A stretch of 64,000 bases of DNA, from the NCBI GenBank assembly GCA_027339965.1, contig DAHWNL010000038.1, forward strand, positions 1 through 64,000, given 5' to 3'. Source of the stretch: Granulicella sp. Its GTDB lineage: Bacteria; Acidobacteriota; Terriglobia; Terriglobales; Acidobacteriaceae. Each line of letters starts with the position of its first letter. Within the stretch, counting starts at the first letter, position 1. Below are positions 50,139 through 60,954 of this stretch, piece after piece. The position numbers were made by a program, and so were the translations under genes. The notes under the pieces are model-generated. The model made no database searches and had not been told where the DNA came from. It saw only the letters and a list, made by a program, of their open reading frames with translations.

Positions 50139-50296
50139 GGGAGGGCAGTATAGCTTAAAAGACGCTAGATTTGGATCGGGGTGGTGACGTGACCTTCGGC
50201 GGGCAGGGGCTCGATGTATCTTCCTTTCCCTTGTCATTGGCTTCGAGGGTGCCTGCGTCGCGTCTGAGAACTTCTTGGCGGTGGAACGAGGCGGCA

Positions 50297-51595
50297 ATGA
50301 AGGAGAAGAAAGCCATGGCAGCGATGGGGACGCTGGCCATCGAACGCGGATTGATGGGGGCTGGTGAGCGGGTGTGCGTTGCTGTCAGCGGGGGTGCGGA
50401 TTCTGTGGCGCTGCTGCTGGCTGTGGCGGAGGCGAATCAGGCAACGGCGCAGAATAAGGCTCCGTTGGGGGTGGTATTGAGCGCGGCGCACGTACACCAT
50501 GGGTTGCGCGGAGCAGAGGCGGATGCCGATGAGGCTTTTGTGGCAGACCTATGCCGAAGGTTGGGTATCACGCTGCGAGTGTTTCGGGTGGACACCGCTG
50601 CCCGCCAGGCGCAGCAGACTGAGGGGGTGGAGGAGGCGGCTCGGAACCTGCGTTACCGCGCGTTGCGGAGCTTGATGGAGAGCGGCGAGGTCGATGTGGT
50701 GGCGACTGCGCACACGCTGGACGACCAGGCCGAGACGGTGGTGATGAAGATGCTTCGAGGCGCCTGGACGGAGGGGTTGAGCGGAGTTGCGCCTGTGCTG
50801 GCGCTGGGCGGCCTGCCGCACGGCGATTGCAACCAGCACGAGCCTAGGGCAGAGAGTCGGCTCGTCGGGCAGTATGCCAGGCCTGTTGCCAGAGATTTGT
50901 CCAGAGAGGCTGATGGAACAGAGCCCGGAATCGTGTTCCGGCAGGGCGCCAAAATGGCCGGGTGGAGGATCGTGCGGCCTTTGCTGGGGGTGAGGCGGTC
51001 AGAAGTGGAAGCTTTTCTCCGGGAGCGCGGGCAGGACTGGAGGGAGGATGCTACGAACCAGGACCAGAGCCTGACTCGGAATCGCGTGCGGCACGGGCTG
51101 ATGCCGCTGCTGCGGGAGTTTAATCCTGGAGTGGATGAGCTATTGGCGCGCACGGCGGGGGTGGCTCGTGAAGAGGAGACTTACTGGCAAGCCGAGGTGG
51201 CTCGCGTTCTTCCTCAGGTGCTATTGCCGGGCCGGCCGGCGCGCGGGGGCGGAAGGTCGGTGAGCACGGCAGGGGAGGGAGTTGCGTATGCGCTGGAGAT
51301 CGAACGGTTGCGATCGATGCCGGCCGCACTGCGCCGACGGATCGTCCGCGCGGCCGCGCGCCAGGTCTTTGCGGAGCCCGGCGCCGCAGGGCCTGTGCGC
51401 GGAGGCTATGTGCTGAGCGGAGAGGAGACGGCTAAGGTGTTGACGTTGGCGGGGTTTCCTGGGATCAGGGTAATGGTTACGGGAAAGATTGGCAGCCGCT
51501 TGGAGTTGCATGGGGGGCTGAGGGTGGAGCGGTCAGCGCGGGAGATTCGCTTGTGGCGGCAGCCGCGGGCCGATCGAGAGTCCCCGGAAAGATAA
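50297..51595 (+). CDS. tilS: tRNA(Ile)-lysidine synthase
   Basis: AVSGGADS (PP-loop), HVHHGLRG, EEAARNLRY, TAHTLDDQAET, RPLL, RNRVRH; upstream of ftsH. Confidence 0.95.
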   Translation: MKEKKAMAAMGTLAIERGLMGAGERVCVAVSGGADSVALLLAVAEANQATAQNKAPLGVVLSAAHVHHGLRGAEADADEAFVADLCRRLGITLRVFRVDTAARQAQQTEGVEEAARNLRYRALRSLMESGEVDVVATAHTLDDQAETVVMKMLRGAWTEGLSGVAPVLALGGLPHGDCNQHEPRAESRLVGQYARPVARDLSREADGTEPGIVFRQGAKMAGWRIVRPLLGVRRSEVEAFLRERGQDWREDATNQDQSLTRNRVRHGLMPLLREFNPGVDELLARTAGVAREEETYWQAEVARVLPQVLLPGRPARGGGRSVSTAGEGVAYALEIERLRSMPAALRRRIVRAAARQVFAEPGAAGPVRGGYVLSGEETAKVLTLAGFPGIRVMVTGKIGSRLELHGGLRVERSAREIRLWRQPRADRESPER

Positions 51596-51878
51596 CGTCC
51601 GCGGACCCGCCAGAGACAATATCGCTGGTCCGCGGCTGAGACCCAGAGTAGAATCTAGGTTTGATCCATGCCGAGGGCCGGGCAGCCGCAAAGACTGCAT
51701 CATATTTGCGGGGTAGACGTCTAAAACAACAGGGCGAGCCCTCGGGACCGCTGCGACCAACGGATCGCGCAGGCCAGATTAAGGAACTGGCGAACGATTT
51801 GAGAGCCTGAAGCTGGGGTGCCCGCCTATACATTTGGGCCGGCGCTGAAAGTGCAGCAAGATGAAACGAGGAATCCGA

Positions 51879-53798
51879 TTGAACTCGACTTTTAAACAGT
51901 TGTTGATTTGGTTGCTGACGCTGGGCTGTCTGCTGGTGGGCTGGCGCTTTGTCACGATGAACATGGGCCAGAAGAACGATAAGGCAATCAGCGTCACCGA
52001 GATGCAGTCAGAGGCGGATGCCGGCAAGATCTCAGACATCCTGGTCGATGGCACGGACGTGACGGGGAAGTACAAGGACGGCAAAGAGACGTTTCACACC
52101 GATATCACGCCGAACTACATGGACCGAGCCGAGGTTCAGGACTTGGACAGCCATGGGGTGAACGTGACCATCAAGAGTCAGCAGGGGAACGTTTACTGGA
52201 ATGCGTTGCTGAGTTTCGCCCCCATCCTGGTGCTGGTAGCGCTGTTCATGTTCATGATGCGGCAGATGCAGTCGGGCGGCAACAAGGCGCTGAGCTTTGG
52301 CAAGAACCGGGCGCGCCTGCTCTCCATGCAGCAGAAGAAGATCACGTTTAAGGACGTGGCCGGCGTTACCGAGGCCAAGGAAGAGCTGCGGGAGATTATC
52401 GAGTTTCTGCGCGAGGCGCAGAAGTTCCAGCGCCTGGGCGGGCGGATTCCCAAAGGCGTGCTGATGGTGGGCCCCCCGGGAACCGGCAAGACGCTGTTGG
52501 CGCGGGCCGTGGCCGGTGAGGCGAATGTTCCGTTCTTTTCGATCTCCGGCTCAGACTTTGTCGAGATGTTTGTGGGCGTGGGCGCCTCGCGAGTGCGCGA
52601 TCTGTTTGAACAGGGCAAGAAGAACGCTCCCTGCATCATCTTTATCGACGAGATTGACGCTGTGGGACGTCACCGTGGCGCCGGTCTGGGTGGCGGCCAC
52701 GATGAGCGCGAGCAGACGCTGAATCAGTTGCTGGTGGAGATGGACGGGTTTGAGTCCAACGATGGGGTGATCCTGATCGCCGCCACCAACCGGCCGGACG
52801 TGTTGGATCCGGCGCTGCTCCGTCCGGGGCGTTTTGACCGGCGCGTGGTGGTGGACCGTCCGGACATTCGCGGGCGGGAGGAGATCCTGAAGGTTCACTC
52901 CAAGAAGGTGCCGCTCTCCGATGACGTAAATCTGGCGGTGCTGGCCCGCGGAACACCGGGCTTTACCGGCGCGGACCTGGCCAACATGGTGAATGAGGCG
53001 GCCCTGACGGCGGCCCGGTTCAACCGCAAGTCAGTTCATATGTTTGACTTCGAGGTTGCCAAAGATAAAGTGCTGATGGGCGCGGAGCGCAAGTCCATGC
53101 TGCTGAGCGAGGACGACAAGCGCGACACAGCCTACCACGAGGCCGGGCACGTGCTGGTGGCGGCCAAGCGCGAGCACTCCGACCCTCTGCATAAGGTGAC
53201 CATCATTCCGCGCGGCATGGCGTTGGGCGTGACGATGCACCTGCCGGAGGAGGACAAGCATACCGTGACTCGGGATTATCTGAATACGCAGCTTGCCATT
53301 CTGATGGGTGGGCGCTGCGCGGAAGAGATCTTCATGAACCGCATGACCACCGGCGCGGGCAACGACATTGTGCGCGCCACCGAGCTGGCCCGCAAGATGG
53401 TCTGCGAGTACGGCATGAGTGAGCTGGGACCGCTGACCTACGGCAAGAAGGAGCAGGAGGTCTTTTTGGGCCGGGATATTGCACAGTCCAGGGACTACTC
53501 GGATGACACCGCGCAGCAGATCGACAGGGCGGTTCGGCGGCTGGTGGATGAGGGGTACAACTCCGCCTACAAGATCCTGGACGAGAATCGCGATATCATG
53601 CACGCCATGGCCGCAGCATTGCTGGAGCGGGAGACGCTGGATGCCTCCGAGATCGAGCTATTGATCCAGGGCAAGCAGTTGCCGCCGGTAAAGTCAGCGT
53701 TGGCCGCTGCCGGCGAGGATGAGGACAAGCAGCAGGTGCTCAAGCCGGAGGGCGGTCGTAAGCCCGGCTTTGGAGAGGGGCAGCCCAACCCGGCATAA
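51879..53798 (+). CDS. ftsH: ATP-dependent zinc metalloprotease FtsH
   Basis: Two TM helices, [18 protein letters not shown] motif ([20 protein letters not shown]), HEAGH; TTG start with GAGGA SD (alternative 51861). Confidence 0.98.
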   Translation: MNSTFKQLLIWLLTLGCLLVGWRFVTMNMGQKNDKAISVTEMQSEADAGKISDILVDGTDVTGKYKDGKETFHTDITPNYMDRAEVQDLDSHGVNVTIKSQQGNVYWNALLSFAPILVLVALFMFMMRQMQSGGNKALSFGKNRARLLSMQQKKITFKDVAGVTEAKEELREIIEFLREAQKFQRLGGRIPKGVLMVGPPGTGKTLLARAVAGEANVPFFSISGSDFVEMFVGVGASRVRDLFEQGKKNAPCIIFIDEIDAVGRHRGAGLGGGHDEREQTLNQLLVEMDGFESNDGVILIAATNRPDVLDPALLRPGRFDRRVVVDRPDIRGREEILKVHSKKVPLSDDVNLAVLARGTPGFTGADLANMVNEAALTAARFNRKSVHMFDFEVAKDKVLMGAERKSMLLSEDDKRDTAYHEAGHVLVAAKREHSDPLHKVTIIPRGMALGVTMHLPEEDKHTVTRDYLNTQLAILMGGRCAEEIFMNRMTTGAGNDIVRATELARKMVCEYGMSELGPLTYGKKEQEVFLGRDIAQSRDYSDDTAQQIDRAVRRLVDEGYNSAYKILDENRDIMHAMAAALLERETLDASEIELLIQGKQLPPVKSALAAAGEDEDKQQVLKPEGGRKPGFGEGQPNPA

Positions 53799-53814
53799 GT
53801 GCAAGCTGGTTCTC

Positions 53815-53847
53815 GCAGGGGCGGCCTTTGGGCCGCCTTTGCATTTT
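53815..53847 (+). terminator. Intrinsic terminator after ftsH
   Basis: GGCGGCC-TTTG-GGCCGCC followed by TTTGCATTTT. Confidence 0.8.
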
Positions 53848-53931
53848 GGGGTAGAGGTTCCATCCCCGGGGTAGCCTGGTGATAGCGATGCGATCTCGCG
53901 GAAGATGGGCCGGGTGCGATAGGCTAACCGC

Positions 53932-55710
53932 ATGAAGAGATTGCGGGGTTGGTGGATATACGGTCTTGCGCTGGAGTTGGTGGTGGGAATCCCTGGAGCA
54001 CAGGCTCAGAGAGCCCTACCTTCAGCCCAAACCGCCACTACGACGCCGGGGGTGACAGTAGGGCACGGGGCGCAGCCCGCCGACGCGGGATTGGCACCGA
54101 CAAAGGATGATCTGCTGCGTGGCGGATATGGCCCTTATCGTGAGAATAACCACATTCTGTTCTATCATTTGACGCTTAAGGTTGATCCGTCTACCAAGAC
54201 CCTTGCCGGCAGCAACATGGTGCGGTTCAAGATGTTGAAGGATGGGCGGAAGATCCAATTGGAACTCACCCCAGTGCTGACCATCGACAGCGTGGTCTTT
54301 GAAGGCAAGCCGGTGCGGTGGGTGCGCGCAGGTTCCGGATCGGGGAGTTCGGGCGGCAGCGATCTAAGGACCTTTTATGTTGAATTTCCGCGCCAACTGA
54401 AGGCCGGTGGGATGTATGAGGTTACGGTGGCCTATCACGGGCATCCTTTGACGCAGGGACGCTTTGGGGGTGTCAACTTCGACAAGGACAAAGAGGGCAA
54501 ACCTTGGATCACGACTGCTTGTGAGGGCCAGGGGGCCAGCGTATGGTGGCCCAACAAGGACCAATGGAGGGATCGGCCGGAGGGGATGGAGATCGACGTT
54601 GCGGTACCCAATGGGCTGATGGATGTGAGCAACGGGCGGTTTGTGGCCAGCAAGGACCTGGGCGATGGATATACGGAGTGGGAGTGGAGGGTACACTACC
54701 CGATCAACAACTACGATGTGGCGCTGAACATTGGGGAGTATCAGCACTGGTCGGGTGTGCATGTAAACAAAGAGACGGGCCAGAAGACGACGCTGGATTA
54801 TTATGCGCTGCCTGAGGATTTGGCCAAGGCCAAGGTGCAGTTTCAGCAGGTTCCGGTGATGCTGGATGCTTACGAGCATTACTTCGGCGAGTATCCGTTT
54901 GACAAGGATGGATACAAACTCATCGAGGTGCCGTATGCCGGCATGGAGCATCAGAGCGCGGTGGCCTATGGAAACCACTTCGAGAACGGATACTACGAGC
55001 GCGACTGGACAGGGGTAGGGATTTCGCCACGCTTCGACTTCATCATCATCCACGAGAGCGGACATGAGTGGTTTGGCAATGCGATCAATGCGGCCGACCG
55101 GTCGGATATGTGGATCCATGAAGGCTGGACCACCTACATGGAGTCGCTTTATGTGGAGTATCGCTGGGGGAAGGCGGACGCAATCCGGTATCTGAACGGG
55201 CTTGTACCCAAGGTAAGAAACCGGCAGCCTGTGATTCCGCCACACGGGATCAATGCTGAGCCGACGGAGGATCAGTACTTCAAGGGAGCATTGATGATCA
55301 ACACGCTGCGCAGCGTGATTGACGATGATCCGAAGTGGTTTGCCGATCTGCACGACTTCTATCAGCACTTCAAGTACCGGAGCATCATGACCGAGGATGT
55401 GGTGGCCTGGTGGAACCAGAGAACGGGGATGGATCTGACTCCATTTTTCAACGAGTATCTGCGCCATGCGGCGATTCCGGTGCTGCGGCTGAAGTTCGAT
55501 GCCGCTAAGGGAACGGTTGCGTACCGCTGGTGCGCCGATGAACCGGCGTTCGCCATGCCCATCAAGATTGGCAAGCCCGGGAATCTGACACTGGTGACGC
55601 CGGTGACCACCGGGTGGAAGACGATGCCGTGGACACAGGATCCTGACTCGCTGGTGGTGCCGCATACCCTTTATTACATTGGAGAACGGACGGGTGAGGC
55701 GTGCCGATGA
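53932..55710 (+). CDS. Secreted M1-family zinc aminopeptidase
   Basis: Signal peptide; AGMEH (GxMEN variant); HESGH...WIHEG; YFKG. Confidence 0.92.
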   Translation: MKRLRGWWIYGLALELVVGIPGAQAQRALPSAQTATTTPGVTVGHGAQPADAGLAPTKDDLLRGGYGPYRENNHILFYHLTLKVDPSTKTLAGSNMVRFKMLKDGRKIQLELTPVLTIDSVVFEGKPVRWVRAGSGSGSSGGSDLRTFYVEFPRQLKAGGMYEVTVAYHGHPLTQGRFGGVNFDKDKEGKPWITTACEGQGASVWWPNKDQWRDRPEGMEIDVAVPNGLMDVSNGRFVASKDLGDGYTEWEWRVHYPINNYDVALNIGEYQHWSGVHVNKETGQKTTLDYYALPEDLAKAKVQFQQVPVMLDAYEHYFGEYPFDKDGYKLIEVPYAGMEHQSAVAYGNHFENGYYERDWTGVGISPRFDFIIIHESGHEWFGNAINAADRSDMWIHEGWTTYMESLYVEYRWGKADAIRYLNGLVPKVRNRQPVIPPHGINAEPTEDQYFKGALMINTLRSVIDDDPKWFADLHDFYQHFKYRSIMTEDVVAWWNQRTGMDLTPFFNEYLRHAAIPVLRLKFDAAKGTVAYRWCADEPAFAMPIKIGKPGNLTLVTPVTTGWKTMPWTQDPDSLVVPHTLYYIGERTGEACR

Positions 55711-56258
55711 AGCGGGGGAGGTGCGCTGCCGCTAAAGCTCTCGCACTGGGAATCGCATTGGCGATGACGGGGTGCGGGTACCATGAGATGGGAGCGGCAA
55801 CGCATCTGCCGCCCAACGTGCAGACGCTGGCCGTGCCGATGTTTGTCTCCAAGGTGCAGGCTTACAACACGGAAGCGGTGTTTACTCAGGCAGTGGTGCG
55901 GGAGCTGAATACGCGCACCAACTACCGCGTGCTCTATGGGGTGAAGGCCAGTGAGGCCACCAAGAATGCGGATGCGGTGTTGAGGGGAACCATTACGAAC
56001 GAGTCGGTGGCGCCGCTGACCTACGACTCGTCGAGCGGACAGTCTTCCAGCTACCTGGTGATGGTAACAGCCAGCGTGCAACTGGTGGCGCGCGATGGAA
56101 AGGTGCTTTACACGAACGACGCCTTTGCATGGCGCCAACAGTATCAATCGACGGAGGCTCTGAGCCAGTTTGTGCAGGAGGATGGCTTTGCCGTCCGCAG
56201 GATGGCGAGAGACTTTGCGCAGGCATTGGTGAGCGAGATGCTGGAGGGTTTTCAGTGA
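55707..56258 (+). CDS. lptE: LPS-assembly lipoprotein LptE
   Basis: Lipobox MTGCGY; LptE-like size and pattern; directly upstream of holA; ATGA overlap with the previous gene. Confidence 0.85.
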   Translation: MKRGRCAAAKALALGIALAMTGCGYHEMGAATHLPPNVQTLAVPMFVSKVQAYNTEAVFTQAVVRELNTRTNYRVLYGVKASEATKNADAVLRGTITNESVAPLTYDSSSGQSSSYLVMVTASVQLVARDGKVLYTNDAFAWRQQYQSTEALSQFVQEDGFAVRRMARDFAQALVSEMLEGFQ

Positions 56259-57535
56259 GCGAGCAGGCAGCCTTCCGGGAGGGTCAACAAGCGGATCTTA
56301 ACGGCCCCGGATTCCGTCGGTCGGAGCTGAGGAGTTTTGCAGCCGTGGAGCGCTTCCTGGCCGAGGTGAGTCAGGAGCCGGCCTCTACCCAGGATAAGAA
56401 CCATCGTGCAAGGCAAGCCGGCTATGTGTTGCTGGGCGATGACATGTTCCTGCTCGATATGTGCCTCAAGGGGGCTGTTCAGGCGCTCGTGCCCAAGGAG
56501 ATGAGAGAGTTCTGTCTACATGATTTGGATCTGGGGCAGACGACGGTGTTTGAGGCGCTCGATCTGGCTCAAACGCCATCCTTGATGGCTCCATTCCAGG
56601 TGCTGATTCTGCGCAACGTGAAGATGCTCTTTGGACGGGGGCAGAAGAAGGAAGAGTTTGCGGCCATCGACGCCTACTTTCGCAGGCCGAACCCGCAGGC
56701 GATTGCGCTTTTTGTCGCGGATCATATCGCACTGCCGCAGGATCTGCGCCGAATGGAAATGGCGGATAAGGACAAAGCGGAAAAAATTCGCGAGATGCTG
56801 GGCGATGCGTGCTGCGTGGTGGAGCTGCAGCGGGTGAGCGAAGAGGATGCCGTGCGTTGGGTGGTGCGCGAGGCCAGGGAGCGGGGAGTGAACTTCCGCG
56901 AGGATGCGGCCAGAGAGCTGGTGGATGCGCTGGGTGCAAGTGGAGGCGCGGAGATGATGATGGTGGCCAGCGAGATGGAAAAGCTGCTGCTCTATGCTGG
57001 TCATCCCGCCGTGGCCGGCCATCCGTCCGGGGAATCTCGACGGTACGAAGTGGAGCAGGAGACAGTGGTTGAGCTTCGGGATGTGGAGAGGATGGTGTCG
57101 GCGGCCAAGCAGAGGAGTTTGTATGAACTGACCGATGCTATCAGTCTGAAGGATGCGCCGCGTGCCCTGGCGCTGTTGGGAGGGCTGTTGAACGCCTCGG
57201 AAGGCGGTGAAGATGCTGCCATTGGACATGTCTTCTCGCTGGCCAGAATCTTTCGCCAGATGCTGGTGCTAAATGAGAAGAAGGTGAAAGACCAGCGGAC
57301 GATGTGGCAGGTGCTGTGGCCCGGGTTCCGGGTAGCTCCCTTCGCTGCTGATGCTTTGATTGCGCAGGCGCGCCGTTACAAGGACCGCACAGAATTGAAG
57401 AAAGGATTGCGGCTGATTGCGCAGGCAGATTTCGAGTTGCGGTCCAGCCCAGCAGACAAGCGGCTGGTGCTGGAGATGTTGGTGATGCGCCTGGCAGGCA
57501 GGACCGGGGAGATGGAGCCGGGGCTGGTTGCATAG
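56255..57535 (+). CDS. holA: DNA polymerase III subunit delta
   Basis: YVLLGDD, AQTPSLMAP, SEMEKLLLY, YELTDAI, ADFELRS...LEMLV; GTGA overlap with lptE. Confidence 0.9.
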   Translation: MSEQAAFREGQQADLNGPGFRRSELRSFAAVERFLAEVSQEPASTQDKNHRARQAGYVLLGDDMFLLDMCLKGAVQALVPKEMREFCLHDLDLGQTTVFEALDLAQTPSLMAPFQVLILRNVKMLFGRGQKKEEFAAIDAYFRRPNPQAIALFVADHIALPQDLRRMEMADKDKAEKIREMLGDACCVVELQRVSEEDAVRWVVREARERGVNFREDAARELVDALGASGGAEMMMVASEMEKLLLYAGHPAVAGHPSGESRRYEVEQETVVELRDVERMVSAAKQRSLYELTDAISLKDAPRALALLGGLLNASEGGEDAAIGHVFSLARIFRQMLVLNEKKVKDQRTMWQVLWPGFRVAPFAADALIAQARRYKDRTELKKGLRLIAQADFELRSSPADKRLVLEMLVMRLAGRTGEMEPGLVA

Positions 57536-57598
57536 AATTTCGCCGCGCAGCAGGGCAAGATGCAGAAGGAAGCTTTTTACCGGAAGAGGGAGGATCGG

Positions 57599-59629
57599 AT
57601 GGCGCAAGAGGCTGGACGAATGCGCGTGAGTTGCTGGCGAGGGGTACTGCCAGTTTTCTTGTTGCTTTTGGGCCCACTCACTGTTCTGCCGGCAGAAGCG
57701 CAAGCCAAGACGCAGCCGGTGCCGAATGCGACGGCTCCGGCCAACCCGCCCTCCGTCACTCCGCCCAGTGATCCGGCGGGTAGGAAGCAGTGGATTGCGC
57801 AGGCGGAGGCATATCTCAAGACACACTATGCGAAGCATGGGTACCGGATACCGATGCGCGATGGGGTCAAGCTTTATACGCAGGTGTACACGCCGATCCC
57901 AGGCGCGTTTACCGACCGGGGGCCTTATCCCTTTCTCATGTCTCGCACGCCGTATAGCTGCGGACACTATAACGACGACGTGGTTGCGCCCAGGGTGACC
58001 GGGGATTGGGAGATGCTGGAGGGCGGCTACATCCTGGTATGTCAGGATGTGCGCGGCCGGTGGGAGAGTGAGGGAACGTGGCTGGAGATGTCGCCATCTC
58101 ATGATGGGATGAGCGTGGATGAGTCCACGGATATGAACGACACAGTGAACTGGCTTTTGCAGCATGTGCCGGACAACAACGGCAAGGTGGGTATCCTGGG
58201 AATCAGCTATCCGGGGTTCTATACAGCGGCGAGCATTGTCAATGGAAATCCTGCCATCAAGGCCGCAAGCCCGCAGGCTCCGATCATGAATCTATGGATG
58301 GGAGACGACGCGTATCACGGCGGAGCCTTCATGCTTCAGGCCAATCACGGATTCTATGCCCCGTTCTTTGTTCCTCAGAAGAACCCGCTCACCCAGGAGC
58401 CGAAGAATGATTTTCACTTTCCCACGCCCGACATGTATACCTATTATCTCAAGATGGGAACGGTGGGAGCGCTGGATACGCCGGCGGGCGGAACAAGCTC
58501 CTACTTCCACGATCAGGTTTCGAATACTGTTTACAACCACTATTGGAAGATTCGCAACCTGGCGCCACACATGGTGGGAGTGAAGGCGGCGGTGCTCGCG
58601 GTTGGTGGGCTCTTCGATGAGCAGGATCTCTCCGGCCCGGTGACGGTGTTCCACGCCATTGCGAAGTTGAGCCCCGGCGCTGCCGAGGACACGCTGATTG
58701 AAGGACCTTGGTATCACGGAGAGTGGGCAGGCGGCGCGGGGCGCGTCATCGGCGATGTCGATTTCGGATCAGACACCGGAGAGTTTTACCGGGAGAAGAT
58801 CGAAGCGCCGTTCTTTGCCCACTACCTGAAGGATCAACCGTGGGACGGTCTGCCCAAGGCGTACGTCTTTGAGACCGGGACGAACGTGTGGAAAAAATAC
58901 GATGCGTGGCCGCCCAAACAGGCGGTGGAGAAGATGCTCTATCTGGAGCCGGGCGGGGGCCTGGGATGGAGCCAGCCTGCAGTCAAGAACTCCAGTGACA
59001 GTTATGTGAGCGATCCGGCGCATCCGGTTCCTTACACCCCGTATATCACCGGCGTGGATGTTCCGCAGCGCTATATGGTGGACGACCAGCGGTTTGCAAC
59101 CACGCGGGGAGATGTGCTGGTGTATGAGAGCTCTCCGTTGAGTCAGGACGTGACGGTGGTGGGACCGGTCCGGCCGATGCTGAAGATTGCATCCACAGGG
59201 ACGGACTCCGACTTCGATGTGAAACTCATCGATGTCTTTCCCGAGGACTACAAGGATCCGCTGGCCAAGGAGCACAAGGGAAGCGGAGCGACCACACCGA
59301 CGGTGTATATGCAGGGTTATCAGATGCTGGTGCGTGGCCAACCCTTCCGCGCCAAGTTCCGGCACTCGTGGGAGCATCCGCAGCCGTTGACGCCGGGCAA
59401 GATCACGGACGTGAACTTCACCATGCAAGACATAAGCCACACGTTCTTGAAGGGACACCGCATCATGGTGCAGATCCAGAGTTCCTGGTTTCCCCTGGTG
59501 GATCGCAATCCGCAGACCTTCGTGGATATTTACAAGGCGAAGCCGGAAGACTTCAAAGCCGCGACCGAAACGGTCTTCCATCAGGCAGGGGCTGCCAGCG
59601 GAGTTGAGCTGATGGTGATGCCGCAGTAA
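57599..59629 (+). CDS. CocE/NonD-family hydrolase (alpha-amino-acid ester hydrolase / X-Pro dipeptidyl-peptidase-like)
   Basis: IPMRDGVKL, RTPY, QDVRGRWESEG, GISYPG nucleophile, GPWYHG, VQIQSSWFP; signal peptide. Confidence 0.93.
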   Translation: MAQEAGRMRVSCWRGVLPVFLLLLGPLTVLPAEAQAKTQPVPNATAPANPPSVTPPSDPAGRKQWIAQAEAYLKTHYAKHGYRIPMRDGVKLYTQVYTPIPGAFTDRGPYPFLMSRTPYSCGHYNDDVVAPRVTGDWEMLEGGYILVCQDVRGRWESEGTWLEMSPSHDGMSVDESTDMNDTVNWLLQHVPDNNGKVGILGISYPGFYTAASIVNGNPAIKAASPQAPIMNLWMGDDAYHGGAFMLQANHGFYAPFFVPQKNPLTQEPKNDFHFPTPDMYTYYLKMGTVGALDTPAGGTSSYFHDQVSNTVYNHYWKIRNLAPHMVGVKAAVLAVGGLFDEQDLSGPVTVFHAIAKLSPGAAEDTLIEGPWYHGEWAGGAGRVIGDVDFGSDTGEFYREKIEAPFFAHYLKDQPWDGLPKAYVFETGTNVWKKYDAWPPKQAVEKMLYLEPGGGLGWSQPAVKNSSDSYVSDPAHPVPYTPYITGVDVPQRYMVDDQRFATTRGDVLVYESSPLSQDVTVVGPVRPMLKIASTGTDSDFDVKLIDVFPEDYKDPLAKEHKGSGATTPTVYMQGYQMLVRGQPFRAKFRHSWEHPQPLTPGKITDVNFTMQDISHTFLKGHRIMVQIQSSWFPLVDRNPQTFVDIYKAKPEDFKAATETVFHQAGAASGVELMVMPQ

Positions 59630-59873
59630 GGCAGTGGGGTATGAACTGCACAGAGCCGTTGATCCGCCAAGCGCCGCGCCAGAACTGCGGAGCAGCGGTG
59701 CTCCCGAACCTGTATTTGGCCGCGGCGAGGGCAAAGAACGGTGCGCCAGGGCTGCTTGAGCGGAGATTAGAGGCGCAGCCAGCGGGAGGGCTTTGCGCGT
59801 CAGCAGTTGGTGATCGGCCTGTGCATTCCACCGAGGCGTTTCGGGCGAGCGCAGCGAATGAGGAGGGGAGTTC

Positions 59874-60887
59874 ATGGACGGCAGTGGCGTACTGCGGACG
59901 GTGGCTGAGCGGCTGTACTACGACCTGGATGCGGCGCTGGAGTTTCAAGCGGTTGTAACTGGCTTGCGGTCTGGAGGGCAAGAAAGGAGTCCGGATGGGC
60001 AGGGGAAGCCGCTCTGGCATCTGGCGCTGGACCGCACCGCGTTCTATCCCGCCGGCGGAGGCCAGCCCTGGGATCAGGGACTGCTTGTGGCGGCTCTGCC
60101 ATATGCTGAAACCTTGCGGGTTGAGGTGGAGCGGGTGGAGGAAGATGCGGCGGGCCAGGTCTGGCATGCCGTTCCAGAGCCCGTTGCCGTTGGCGCACAA
60201 GTGCTGGGCAGGGTGGATGCCGAGCGCAGGATGGATCACGCGCAGCAGCACTCGGGGCAGCATCTGCTGTCGGCGATGTTTCTGCGTGAACTTGGCCTTC
60301 CCACAGTTTCGTTCCATCTGGGCGCTGAGTCGGTGACGATTGACTTGAGGGCCGAAAAGATCTGCCCGGAGGATCTGGCCCGTGTGGAAGATGCGGTGAA
60401 TCGCGTGATCTTTGAGGACCGCCGGATGCTTTCGCGATGGGTGGAGCAGGAAGAGGCGGAACAGATGCTGGCCCGAGGGGAGTTGCGCAAGCTGCCGGAG
60501 CGCGCCGGGCCGATAAGAATCGTGCAGATGGAGGGTGTGGAGAGCAATGCCTGCGGAGGAACTCATGTGCGGTCCACGGGGGCCATTGGAGGGCTTCTGG
60601 TGCGGAGGGTGGAGAAGGTGCGCCAGGGGCAGCGGGTGGAGTTCTGCTGTGGACTGCGGGCCGTAAGAGCCGCGCGATCCGACCTTGCGCGGCTGCGCGA
60701 GTCAGGGGCGCTGTTGAGTGTGGGACCAGCGGAGTTGGCCGGCAGGGTGGCGGGGCTGATTGAAGACAAGAAACAGCTAGCGAAGCAGCGCAAACTGCTG
60801 GAGCGCCAGATCAAAGAGCTGGAAGATCGGCTGAGGGCTTCAGCCCAGGAGCGCCGACGGGAAGAAGATGGAAGCGAGCAGGGGTGA
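59874..60887 (+). CDS. AlaX-family tRNA trans-editing protein
   Basis: TAFYPAGGGQP, HSGQH (HxxxH), CGGTH (CxxxH); C-terminal coiled coil; strong SD. Confidence 0.9.
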   Translation: MDGSGVLRTVAERLYYDLDAALEFQAVVTGLRSGGQERSPDGQGKPLWHLALDRTAFYPAGGGQPWDQGLLVAALPYAETLRVEVERVEEDAAGQVWHAVPEPVAVGAQVLGRVDAERRMDHAQQHSGQHLLSAMFLRELGLPTVSFHLGAESVTIDLRAEKICPEDLARVEDAVNRVIFEDRRMLSRWVEQEEAEQMLARGELRKLPERAGPIRIVQMEGVESNACGGTHVRSTGAIGGLLVRRVEKVRQGQRVEFCCGLRAVRAARSDLARLRESGALLSVGPAELAGRVAGLIEDKKQLAKQRKLLERQIKELEDRLRASAQERRREEDGSEQG

Positions 60888-60954
60888 AGTTTGCTGGCGC
60901 AACATCGCGAAGATATCCGCCGGATCGCACTGCTGCGCCAGCTAAGCTGTAGGG

